Assembly (NCBI RefSeq): GCF_030028105.1
Contig: NC_092382.1
Coordinates: 6,152,215 to 6,216,214 of the forward strand
Length of the DNA stretch: 64,000 nt
Direction: 5' to 3'
From: Mobula birostris
Taxonomy: Eukaryota
Part shown: positions 1-9,784 of the stretch, one piece after another
How positions within the stretch are numbered: position 1 is the first letter of the stretch
Layout: each line of letters starts with the position of its first letter
Made by a program: the position numbers and the translations under genes
Notes under the pieces: model-generated
The model's input: only the letters and a program-made list of their open reading frames with translations
Database searches by the model: none
Told to the model about the DNA's origin: nothing

Positions 1-258
1 CGGTTGTCCCGCCGTGACGGAAAGTTCGGGAGACGGTGTCAGCGGGGGTAACGCCCTCTCGGTTGGTCCACCTCCGCTATTGGCTGGAAGCAATGATTGA
101 CATCACTTCGGACCAATGGGAACAGCGCATCGCGTGACTCCTCTGTTGACAGCGGTGGGGGAGGGGCTGGTCACGTGATCAGTAGCCCGGCCGTTAAACC
201 GACCAAGCTCGAGCTCACCAGCGCGCGGGGCACAAAAGGCCCCGGATGATCGGTTGAG
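1..258 (+). promoter_or_regulatory. CpG-rich promoter and putative non-coding exon 1 of ZNF gene 1
   Basis: CpG-dense; ATTGG at 79-83, CCAAT at 113-117, GC-box-like GGGGAGGGG at ~158-166, E-box GGTCACGTGA at 169-178; candidate donor GAG|GTGAGA at 259; an inverted homolog lies at ~19820-20030. Confidence 0.6.
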
Positions 259-572
259 GTGAGAAGGGATCTCCGGGTTGGGGGTCTCACCGGGCGGCGT
301 TTTCAACACCGACTTCGGGTAGTTGCTGTGACTCCGGACTCCGTGACCCGCAATCCCGGGACAGTCCTGCTCTCTTCCCTCTCTCTCAGCCCCACCATCC
401 GTACACGGGCCCCGGGGAGCTTCCGGCTGATGAGGGAATGGGAACCGATGGGTCTCTCAGACAGAGCTGAGCTCCAGCTGTCTAAATGCAAGGATCGGGA
501 ACTCGGAGAAAGGGAACAAAATCTTTTACATCAGCTGTTGTGAAAATCACCTTTGTTCTGCCTCCAGTCACA

Positions 573-705
573 AACAAGAGAAAATCTGCAGATGCTGGAA
601 ATCCGAGCAACACACACAAATTGCTGGAGGAACTCAGCATTAGTACTCTTTTCCATAGATGCTGCCTGGCCTGCTGAGTTCCTCCAGCATTTTGTGTCTG
701 TTGCT
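573..705. repeat. Penelope-like-derived inverted repeat (34-bp arms 606-639 and 672-705)
   Basis: Arms pair at 32 of 34 positions; same repeat family as 11005-11250; a copy lies at ~40367-40499. Confidence 0.6.
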
Positions 706-919
706 GGTTCTACCTCCTCTTGTTCTGGACTTTTCTACCCGTGAGAACATGTTTTGTCCCACTCTCTCTGGGTACATAATGATATCAAACACCTTTGCCC
801 TGGGCAACAAGTAGCTTTCACATCACAAATGTGCCAGACTCCAATGAGACAGACTACTGCCCTTCCCTTCATATTCATTGGCATTGCCATCACTGAGTTC
901 ACCACCGTCAGTCACCTGG

Positions 920-1210
920 GGGAGGGTTCAGGGGAAATATTTATGTACAATACAGAAACTGGTGTTACCTGTGTGTATTGTGGTGATGCAAAAGTTGCTG
1001 GAGAATTTACAAGTGGGAAGAAGTGGAGTGATATTTGGAAATCTGACTTTTTTAAGCGTCATTTAGCAAGCAAACCACGTTTCCTGTTACAGGCCTGCAA
1101 CATAGGTTGTGTGAGAGTGCAGGTGAACTCCATCAAACCCAGAGGAGATCAAAGTTCTTACTGACAGTGATATGCCAGCTGTTAAAATAAATACCTCTCT
1201 ATATAAAATT
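920..1210 (+). mobile_element. hAT-family (ZNF862-like) transposase N-terminal fragment, decayed
   Basis: FMYNTETGVTCVYC...FTSGKKWSDIWKSDFFKRHLASK resembles the zinc-binding N-terminus of hAT transposases; second copy at ~43200-43530. Confidence 0.45.
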
Positions 1211-1254
1211 CACTGTGCACATGTTGTCACTGGGTAAAAAGAAATGTACAGTAC

Positions 1255-1770
1255 AAGATTTATGTGCACACTGGTCATTACAAATTAGAGAGGACATTGG
1301 TGAGAAGGTGGGGAGACCCCCAGTGTCTCTGATGCTCTCACCGACAAGATGTACATCCAGCTGCAGCTTGTAACCCTGCACTTTACGGAGTTGGAACTTG
1401 AAATGGGTGAATTCTGGATCATCCAGGAGTTGGAGGGGGTGATAGATATGACATGAAGAGAGGTGAGGTACACCCGAGTGCGGGACACAGGAAACTGGGT
1501 GAGAGTCAGGAAGGGGAATGAGGTGAAATCGCTATCGCAGAGTAATCTTGTGTCCATCCCACACAACAACAGGTGGATCCACTTTAGAAACTGTTGGGGG
1601 GATTACCTGGCAGAGGAAAGTCAAAGGGGTGATAGGGGATTCGTTAATGAGGGGAACAGAACAAGAGGGGACTAAGCTTGCTAGTGCTAGTGCGGGGAGA
1701 GAGGGTGATGTGGTTAAAATAAGTTGTAGGGGGAATGGGAGCTAGAATGACAGAACAGATAGTGGAGAGG
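1255..1770 (+). mobile_element. CR1 LINE ORF1 fragment (Cys motif plus SGNH esterase start)
   Basis: RCTSSCSL/CIQLQL-type motif, GNWVRVRKG, VIGDSLMRG; homologous to ORF 50619..51080. Confidence 0.7.
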
Positions 1771-1771
1771 G

Positions 1772-2520
1772 TGAATTGAATTGAATTGACTTTATTACAT
1801 GCATCCTTCATATACATGAAGAGTAGAAATCTTTATGTTATGTCTCTAAGTGTGCAATTTGTAATTTACAGTAATTTATAATAAATAGTTTGTACATAGG
1901 ACAGTCAATATAACATAGAAATGCAGTTGTATCAGCATGAATTAATCAGTCTGATGGCCTGGTGGAAGATGATGTCCCAGAGCCTGTTGGTCCTTTTGCT
2001 GTGGTACTGTTTCCTGGATGGTAGCAGCAGGAACAGTTTGTGGTTGTGCTGAATTGGGTCCCCAATATCCTTTGGGCCCTTTTCACACACCTGTCTCTGT
2101 AAATGTCCTGAATAGTAGGAAGTTCACATCTACAGATGCGCTGGGCTGTCCGCACCACTCTCTGCAGGGTCCTGCGATTAAGGGAAGTACAGTTCCCATA
2201 CCAGGCAGTGATGCAGCCAGTCAGGATGCTCTCAGTTGTGTTCCTGTAGATAGTTCTTAGGATTTGGGGCCCCATTACCAAATTCTTCAACCATCTGAGG
2301 TGCAAGAGATACTGTTGTGCTTTTTTCACAACACAGCTTGTATGTACAGACCATGTGAGATCCTCGGTGATGTTTATGCCGAGGAACTTAAAGCTGTTCA
2401 CCCTCTCAACCCCAGATCCACTGATGTCAATAGGGGTTAGCCGGTCTCCATTCCTCCTGTCATCCACAATCAGCTTTGTTTTTGCTATAATGAGGGAGAG
2501 TTTGTTTTCTTGACACCAGT
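1772..2520 (-). mobile_element. Rex-Babar/L2-group LINE 3' end inserted in CR1
   Basis: ORF 1946..2467 VERVNSFKFLGINITEDLTWS...ESILTGCITAWYG; (TTCAA)n-type tail at ~1775; copy at ~44075-44828. Confidence 0.75.
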
Positions 2521-4148
2521 CAGATGTTGTTCAGACCTCAGACAGAGTCAGCAATCAAATGGTTGAGCATGGTGTGATGAATGTGCTGAGCTGTGTATAT
2601 CACAATGCAAGAAGCATCGTAGGAAAGCCAAATGAGCTCAGGACAGGGAATTATGATACTGTAGCCATTATTGGGACATGGTTGCACCTAACAGTCTGAG
2701 GGATTTAGAGGAACAAATTTGTAGAGAGATGGTAGACCACGCCAAGAAACAAAGGTTGATTCAGTAAGTGATGTTAACTTTCCCTATTTTGACTGGGACT
2801 CCCATACTGTAAAAGGACTAGATGGGGTAGAGTTTGTCAAATGTGCCCTTAATCAGTTCATAGAATTCCCAACGTAGAAGTGTGCAATAAGCTGTTAGGA
2901 AATGATCCAGGGCTGGTGCCAGAAAGTAGTGATCATAATTCCATGAGATTCAAAGTAAATATGGAAAAAGAGAGATCTGGACCATGGGTTGAGATTCTAA
3001 ATTGGAGAAAGGTCAATTTTGATGGTATCATAAAGGATATGACAGGTGTGGTTTGGGGCAAGCTGTTTTCTGGCAAAGGAGTATTTGTAAGTGGGAGGCC
3101 TTCAGAAGTGAAATTTTGAAGGTGTCTAGTTTGTATGTGCCTGCCAAAATAAAAGTTGAAAGGTAACTGGTGCAGGGAACTTTGGTTTTCAAGAGATATT
3201 GAGGCCCTGGACATTTTGTTCCTCAAAATGCCTCACACTGTTGGGTGCTACCAAGACTCAATAACGACTGCAATATCATAATTCCACCCCCGTGCTCTTC
3301 TGACTTTTTTTTTAAGTCGTCTTCTGTTGGTTTCTAAAAGCTTCCCAATAGCTTTTGCTCTTTTGTTTGCCTTCTCTTTGGCTTCTCATTTCAGCCATGG
3401 TTGTGTCCTCCTGCCTTTCCAATGCTCCCACTTCTTTGGGATGTATCGATCACTCAGCTCTGGAATTGCTCCCAGAAACTACAGCCATTGTTGCTCTGTT
3501 GTCACTCCTACCTTTTCCCTTCCAAACAAGTTTGGCCAGCTGCTCTGTCATAGAAACATGGGGATGTTCAGTGCAGAAACAGGCTATTTGGCCCATCTAG
3601 TCAATGCTGAAAAAACATTTAAGGTCTCTACTGCAACTACCTGCACTGGGACTTTCGCCTTCAGACCCCTACCATCCAGGCTCCCATCCAAATTTCTTCT
3701 AAATAGTGAAACCAAGCTCATATTCTTCACTTGTGCTGGCATCTCATTCCACACTCTCATGACCATTTCAGGAAAGAGCTTTTCCAAATGTTCCTGTAAA
3801 ATTTTCACCTTCCCCATTTACCCATGACCTCTGGTTGTCATTCCACCCAACCTCAGTGGAAAAAGCTGCTTGCATTTACCCTATCTATACTGTCATAATT
3901 TTGTATACAGTATTTCTGGCAAATCCCCACAGCAATGTATAATTTCCTTGTTTATGTTTAGAGCCTTTTTTAGATATATATGATGATGAGGGGCATTGAT
4001 CATGTGGATAGCCAGAAGCTCTTCCCAGGGCTGAAATGGCTAACACGAGGGGGCATAGTTTTAAGGTGCTTGGAAACAGATACCGAGGGGATGTCAGGGG
4101 TAAGTTTTTTACACAGAGAGTGGTGGGTGCGTGGAATGCACTGCCGGT
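2521..4148. mobile_element. Mosaic of decayed CR1 ORF2 fragments on both strands
   Basis: SDHNSMRF and LNWRKVNF endonuclease motifs (+), RVWNEMP (-), MRGIDHVD 3' end (+). Confidence 0.75.
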
Positions 4149-4169
4149 TATTGTGTGAGAGTGTTTCAG

Positions 4170-4246
4170 TTACTGTGGGGCCAGGAACCCATGCAGCTCA
4201 GTGGGAACAGGGAATAATACCAATGGAGAGAGGCAAACTGAGTCAG
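4170..4246 (+). other. Putative small internal exon of ZNF gene 1 with upstream ATG (MERGKLSQ)
   Basis: TTTCAG acceptor at 4169 is conserved in all three + strand genes; CAG|GTCACA is a weak donor; not recognisably TE-derived. Confidence 0.35.
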
Positions 4247-4470
4247 GTCACAGATTGGAGATGGCAGAAATGCCCCATTCTTATAGAGACAGGAAGAGCA
4301 TCAGAGAGTTTGATGATCATTCCAGATACCAGCACTGTACCCAGTTAGAAAATGATTTCTCTCTCTAACTTGGGTTGAACCTCACTGTAACAGAGTGATG
4401 CCAGATCACACCTTGACAGCTCAAGTGATCTCATCTGAAAGGTTGTCCTACACCCATTGATGGATTTTGT

Positions 4471-4484
4471 AAATCTTTTTACAG
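4471..4484 (+). promoter_or_regulatory. Splice acceptor of the zinc-finger exon, gene 1
   Basis: TCTTTTTACAG|G; homologous acceptors end at 26838 and 46609. Confidence 0.7.
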
Positions 4485-5031
4485 GTTAAACACGACAAGG
4501 AATTTGTCTACGGGGATCTAGAACACAACACATCAGTTTTGCTGTCTCTGTCGAGGTATTTAATATTTGATATCACTCAATCATCCTTCCCGCTCAGACT
4601 GTGGGGAGGTATTCACTCGATCATCGGACCGACTGGCATGCCCGTAATTTTAAACGGGATCCAATTAATCTGCTCAGACAGTGGGAGTGGATTCATGCGG
4701 TCATCTCAACTGAAGGTACATCAGCAAGTTCACACTGGGACAAGGCCATTCACCGTTTCTTGGTGTGACAAGGGATTCAGTCAGTCATCCCACCTGTGGA
4801 CACACCAGTCAGTTCACATTGGGCAGAGGATAGTCATTTGCTCAGTTTGTGGGGAAATTTCACTTGGTTATCTGACCAAGTTCACACTGGAGAGAGGCCG
4901 TTCACCTGCTCGGTGTGTGCAAAGGGATTCACTCAGTCACCCACATACAAGCACACTGGTCAGTTCACACTGGGGAGTGGCCATTCACCTGCTCGTACTG
5001 TGGGAAGGGATTCACTTAGTCATCCACCCTA

Positions 5032-6087
5032 ATGTCTCACCAGCGAGTTCACACCGGGGAATGGTCATTCACCTGCTTGGACTGCGAGAAGGGATTCACT
5101 TGCTCATCTAAACTGAAGGTACATCAGCGAGTTCACACTGGGGAGAGGCCGTTCACCTGCTCAGACTGTGGGAAGGGATTCACTCAGTCATCTGAACTGA
5201 AGGTACATCAGAGAGTTCACACTGGAGAGAGGCCGTTCACCTGCACAGACTGTGGGAAGGGATTCACTCAGTCATTTAAACTAAAGGTACATCAGCGAGT
5301 TCACAGTGGAGAGAGGCCATTCACCTGCTCAGACTGTGGGAAGGGATTCACTCAGTCAGCCCACCTACAAGCCCACAGGTCAGTTCACACTGGGGAGAGG
5401 CCGTTTACCTGCTCGTACTGTGCAGAGGGATTCACATTGTCATCTCAGCTATTGAGACACCAGTCAGTTCACACCAGGGAGTGGCCATTCAACTGCTCAG
5501 TCTGTGGGAAGGGATTCACTCGGTCATCCCACCTACTGAGACACCAGTCAATTCACACTGGGGAGCGGCCATTCACCTGCTCAGACTGTGGGAAGGGATT
5601 CACTTGCTCATCTCAACTGAAGGTACATCAGCGAGTTCACACAGGGGAGAGGCCGTTCACCTGCTCAGTCTGTGGGAAGGGATTCACTCAGTCATCTGAA
5701 CTGAATATACATCAAGGAGTTCACACTGTGGAGAGGCCGTTTACCTGCTCAGACTGTGGGAAGGGATTCACACGGTCATCTGAACTGAAGGTACATCAGA
5801 GAGTTCACACTGGGGAGTGGCCATTCACCTGTTCAGACTGTGGGAAGGGATTCACTCGATCATCCCACTTACAAACACACCAGCGAGTTCACACTGGAGA
5901 AAGGCCGTTTACCTGCTCAGTCTGTGGGAAGAGATTCAGTCAGTCATACAACCTACAGAGTCACCAACGAGTTCACACTGGGGAGCGGCCGTTCATCTGC
6001 TCAGAATGTGGGAAGGGATTCACTCGGTCATCCCACCTACAAGCACACCAGCGAGTTCATTCTGGGGAGAGGCCGTTCACCTGCTGA
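5032..6087 (+). CDS. C2H2 zinc-finger protein (gene 1), 12 complete fingers, no effector domain
   Basis: 351-aa ORF of CxxC...HxxxH repeats with TGERP linkers; ends at FTC* beside a transposon insertion. Confidence 0.9.
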   Translation: MSHQRVHTGEWSFTCLDCEKGFTCSSKLKVHQRVHTGERPFTCSDCGKGFTQSSELKVHQRVHTGERPFTCTDCGKGFTQSFKLKVHQRVHSGERPFTCSDCGKGFTQSAHLQAHRSVHTGERPFTCSYCAEGFTLSSQLLRHQSVHTREWPFNCSVCGKGFTRSSHLLRHQSIHTGERPFTCSDCGKGFTCSSQLKVHQRVHTGERPFTCSVCGKGFTQSSELNIHQGVHTVERPFTCSDCGKGFTRSSELKVHQRVHTGEWPFTCSDCGKGFTRSSHLQTHQRVHTGERPFTCSVCGKRFSQSYNLQSHQRVHTGERPFICSECGKGFTRSSHLQAHQRVHSGERPFTC

Positions 6088-6719
6088 AGCCTGAGTTATA
6101 CCTCTGCATAGGTTCTACAGTGTAGCCTACCCATGCAAGTGGCCTATGCCATTGTGAGCATTTCTACTTATGCATTCGTGTGTCTTCGTCGCTCTGCCAA
6201 AATGCTAGTTGGCTTTGGGCTTTCTATCCCACTGTTTTGAATTGACTCGTGTTGAGCTGGAAATGATGGCGACTGCTGAGTATATCTTGTTGGAGTCGGA
6301 GCTAATAGACGTTGAACAGAAGTTACTTTTATTGAATTTACTGCAACGCGGAGTTTTTCCATTGTGCATTCCACGACGTCCAAACCGGTTTGTCAAAATT
6401 TCTTTCCACGAATTTGATGCCATTTGCAAGTCTTCATAGTCTGCCGACAAAGCGTGGTACAAATGTACATATTTTCTGACTTCCTCACTTAACCTCTCCT
6501 CGATTAGGTCCATTTTCCAACGTCGAAGCAACAGGAAATGCACTGCTACCAAGCGGACCGATCACAGATCCTGCAGTCTGCATCGCCGTGACACGTAGTT
6601 ACATTTTTGGGAAGGTGCATGTTAGGCTACGGCGTATGTTACGGCCCAGCATGCCACGTCAAGTATGCGTCTACGCGGAGCCTGCGACGTAGCTTCGAAG
6701 GAGAAGTACAATTCAGGCT
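6088..6719 (-). mobile_element. Non-autonomous PIF/Harbinger DNA transposon with MADF-domain remnant
   Basis: TIRs AGCCTGAGTTATACCTCT / AGAAGTACAATTCAGGCT; 3-bp TSD TGA/TCA; minus ORF MDLIEERLSEEVRKYVHLY...YEDLQMASNSWKEI is MADF-like. Confidence 0.8.
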
Positions 6720-6927
6720 TCAGTATGTTGGAAGGGATTGACTTGGACATCTCAACTACAGAGACACCAGCGAGTTCACACTGGGTAGAGGCTGATCGCT
6801 TGCTCAGACTTTGGGAAAAGATTCTCTCAGCAAAATCAACTTAATATACATCTTTGAGTTCACACTGGAGAGAGGCCGTTCACCTGATGTGAATGTGGGA
6901 AGCGATTCACGCAGTCATCTAACCTTA

Positions 6928-7687
6928 TGTAACTCTCGCTTCGGCTAGCAGCTTAATATAGGGGTTCATAGCCCCCCAGCCCGGCCAAACTTAAGAAATC
7001 TTGTTTGGGTGGAGGCTGTGTGATGTGTCCCCTGTTACAAATCAGTACTGTACCCTGAAATAAGAAACAGTCCACAATATGTGATAAAACGATTGAACTT
7101 TATAATTGTGACTTTGACTATGTGGTTAGTGAAGTAAACAAAAAAAAAGGAAAAACAGTCCACTCTCTCCATTCGCATCTTCTCATCTGTTCCCAGCAAA
7201 AAACCATGAAAATCTCTCTTCCAGACTTACAAGGAAGAATGTTTCTGTCATTGGATAGCCCCTCCCCTGAAAACCCTGTTATCTCTAGTTGTAACCTAAA
7301 CATTTCCCTTTTTGTGTTTGCTCTGTTCATGACATCCTCGTTAGATATTCATTTTGTCCATAATATTCTTTGCATCATATCGGACATGCGATTAGGAAAG
7401 AGGAGTCGGAATGCACGGTAATTATGGGAAAGATTGAAGGGAAGAAAGCAAGAGGAAGACAAATGATGATGGAGACAGCAGCCAGAGAACTGGAAATGAA
7501 TACCAATGAATTGATCCACTTGACCCGAAACAGGAGTGTGTGGGCCATGGCAGTCAAAGCTCAAACCGGGCACGGCACCTGATGATGATGATAATGAACC
7601 TAAACATTGCTGCTACAGACAAACCTCAGCAGTGAAACATTACAGAGAGGCCATTACGTTAGCAGTGAAACCTTACAGCATGTTACA
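6928..7687 (-). mobile_element. Solo LTR (Gypsy-type) in the 3' UTR of gene 1
   Basis: TGTAAC...GTTACA termini; splits a decayed finger; same insertion in genes 2 and 3; orientation inferred. Confidence 0.7.
7305..7596 (+). mobile_element. RTE-clade LINE 3' end with inverted 5' segment
   Basis: GHAIRKEE...MGKIEGKKARGRQ; (TGA)n tail; 12-bp TSD AACCTAAACATT at 7293-7304 and 7597-7608. Confidence 0.85.
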
Positions 7688-7896
7688 CTTCTGACACACT
7701 ACGGGGTTCACACTGGGAAGAAAGTTTCAGTAAGCTGCATGCCAGATGTTGCTGAATGCAATTTCGAGAGTGACTGTCGGTGCTGAACTCTGCAATTATT
7801 GCTGCTGCTCACCACACCCAGTTCTGCACCCTGGTCACTGGGCATGGGAGGAGTTTCTTCTACATACTCACCTTTAATGGTACTAGTTCTGTGACA

Positions 7897-7902
7897 AATA
7901 AA
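7897..7902 (+). promoter_or_regulatory. Probable polyadenylation signal of gene 1
   Basis: AATAAA in a context conserved at 29606-29611. Confidence 0.55.
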
Positions 7903-8569
7903 TCAGTTCTATCTTAAACACCGTCTCCAGTACTTAGTGAATTTATAACACACCTAGTGTACAGTAGAGAGTCAACTCAGGCCGGCTGGACCCTGCCAGT
8001 GATCCTGTTCCACGACAGTCCTTTCAAATCCTCCCCTGTTGTTCACCCCTGGTTTTCCCTGTGGATGAGTTCCAAATAGTCACCACTCTGTGGGTGAAGA
8101 GGTTTCCGTTGAATTTTCTGCGGTCTGAAAAAGTCGAGCTGACTGCAGTTCTTTCTGAGATGTTCTTCACCCCTCAAATCTCTGGGCTGAGGAAGAATGA
8201 TATTGGGAGTTAACCTCCTTATTCAGGGCTCATTTCCACATTGTGGGTCATTTCCCCTGCTTCTAAACGGTTGTTAGAAAACACCACTGTCCTCTAAAGA
8301 CTGAAAACAGAATGGGAAACCATTAGTTGGATGTTCAACGGAGCAGGGTCAGAAACCAGAGTCGGGTCCGCACAGGACAGAGTTTGGGGCTCTGGACGAT
8401 GGTTGGGGTAAGAATGTATGATGAGGAGGGAATCAGCAGTGGGGCGTGGCAACAAATGATATTAGAGTAGCAACATTTGGAAGCTGATTGACAGGGAAAA
8501 TAATTCAGTTGTCAGACTGATGACACAAACAAAACCTGTGGTGAGGTGCCCCATTGGTCAGGGAACATG

Positions 8570-9625
8570 TGTGTGTGTTTGGAATGGTTATAGCTATTGA
8601 GGAAGTTGTTCCTGCTTGTTTATCCTGTAATATTATATCTGGTTGGTTATTATGGATTGTCCTATCTGAAAAAATGTATTGCTTTTCATATAATTTGTAA
8701 TATTTTAACTGTAAAACTGGATCAGGCTTGAATTTATGGTGCCTTTATGAAGTGATCGAGGGCATTCATGAGTTTGTATTTTAAAGCAAGATTTTTGTGA
8801 ATGATATTTGCCACTCGATTGTAACTTTGTCAGTAATCAGATTGAGTTAAACTGCTGCAGGATCCTGGAATGTGTTGGATTGTGTCTTGTTCCTTTTGGC
8901 ATTTTCTGCATTTATTGCCTTGTTTGTTTGTATTTTATGTATTTTTGATTTTTGAATTCTTTTTATTAACCACCTTGTCCTGTATTTCTGCAAGGAACCC
9001 CTCTGTTTCTAGGAAGAGGTCTCCAAAACTCAGTCAGGTGCTCGATGCTTCCTTGTCACCTCCTCTGCTCAGATCGTTGGGATGTCTCCCATGGAGGGTC
9101 ATACTCATTCCACTGGTTAATGTTTTCATCCATAGTGATGATTCGTTTTTCTGTTTTGGCCTCTCATTTATGTTTTCTGGTCTGTATTTCTTATCACTAT
9201 TGCAGATATACACACATGGAGTGCTGAACCCTGTTCAGTTTTGATGAAAATATATACTTAGAAGTTTTATCTGACTGTTATCTGATTTTTTTTTTCATGT
9301 ATGTTATTTCTCTTCCTCCTTCTGTCCAAGATAGTGTTAATCTAAGTGGGTCTGAGTGTATGTACTCTTTTTTAAAGTTTTCTAAATTTCTTAGTTACCT
9401 TTGTAGATTTTACTGATTGAAATGTCACCAAGACATTTTTTTATTTTAAAAACGTCAGTGTCGGTATTGATGAAAGTGTTTATTGCCTTTGTTGTATTTG
9501 CTAACTATTGTGCTCTGTTTGGCAGGTTTTTTTTTAACCCTTGAACTAAATTTTGTCAAAGGTTTTCCTTATTTCACACTACTTTCTATTGTTTTTGACT
9601 GTTGATATTCCAGATACGTGGGTAT
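8570..9625 (-). mobile_element. R4/Dong-clade non-LTR retrotransposon relic (RT end, CCHC, restriction-like endonuclease)
   Basis: Manual minus-strand translation: GDLFLETEGFLAEIQDKV, KCRKCQKEQDTIQHIPGSC, VANIIHKNLA, DRTIHNNQPDIILQDK; copy at ~30270-31130. Confidence 0.75.
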
Positions 9626-9628
9626 CAA

Positions 9629-9760
9629 GATTCCCGATGAAGGGTCTTCACCTGAAATGTTGATTCCCATCCATAGATGCTGCCTGACACGCTGAGCTCC
9701 TCCAGCACTTTGTGTGTATTTCTCTAGATTTCTAGCATCTGCAGGTCCTCTTGTTCCCAG
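9629..9760 (+). repeat. Penelope-like 3' repeat with decayed hammerhead core
   Basis: CCGATGAAGGGTCTTCACCTGAAATGTTGA followed by ATAGATGCTGCCTGA... Confidence 0.6.
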
Positions 9761-9784
9761 ATACTTATATATTTGTTGAAAGAA

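Larger units (their letters stand above)
750..4484 (+). repeat. Segmental duplication of ZNF intron 1; paralogous to ~43030-46609
   Basis: Colinear hAT, CR1, Rex and CR1 fragments in both copies; ORF 754..1164 matches 43035..43328 and ORF 1946..2467 matches 44248..44770. Confidence 0.9.

Noticed and set aside
420-460. CTGATGA at 427 as a hammerhead core
   Set aside because: No stem II and no GAAA
5481-6125. Overlapping ORFs rich in WEGIH and GRDS (also at 47228-48588 and 63334-63618)
   Set aside because: Alternative-frame shadows of the 84-bp finger repeat
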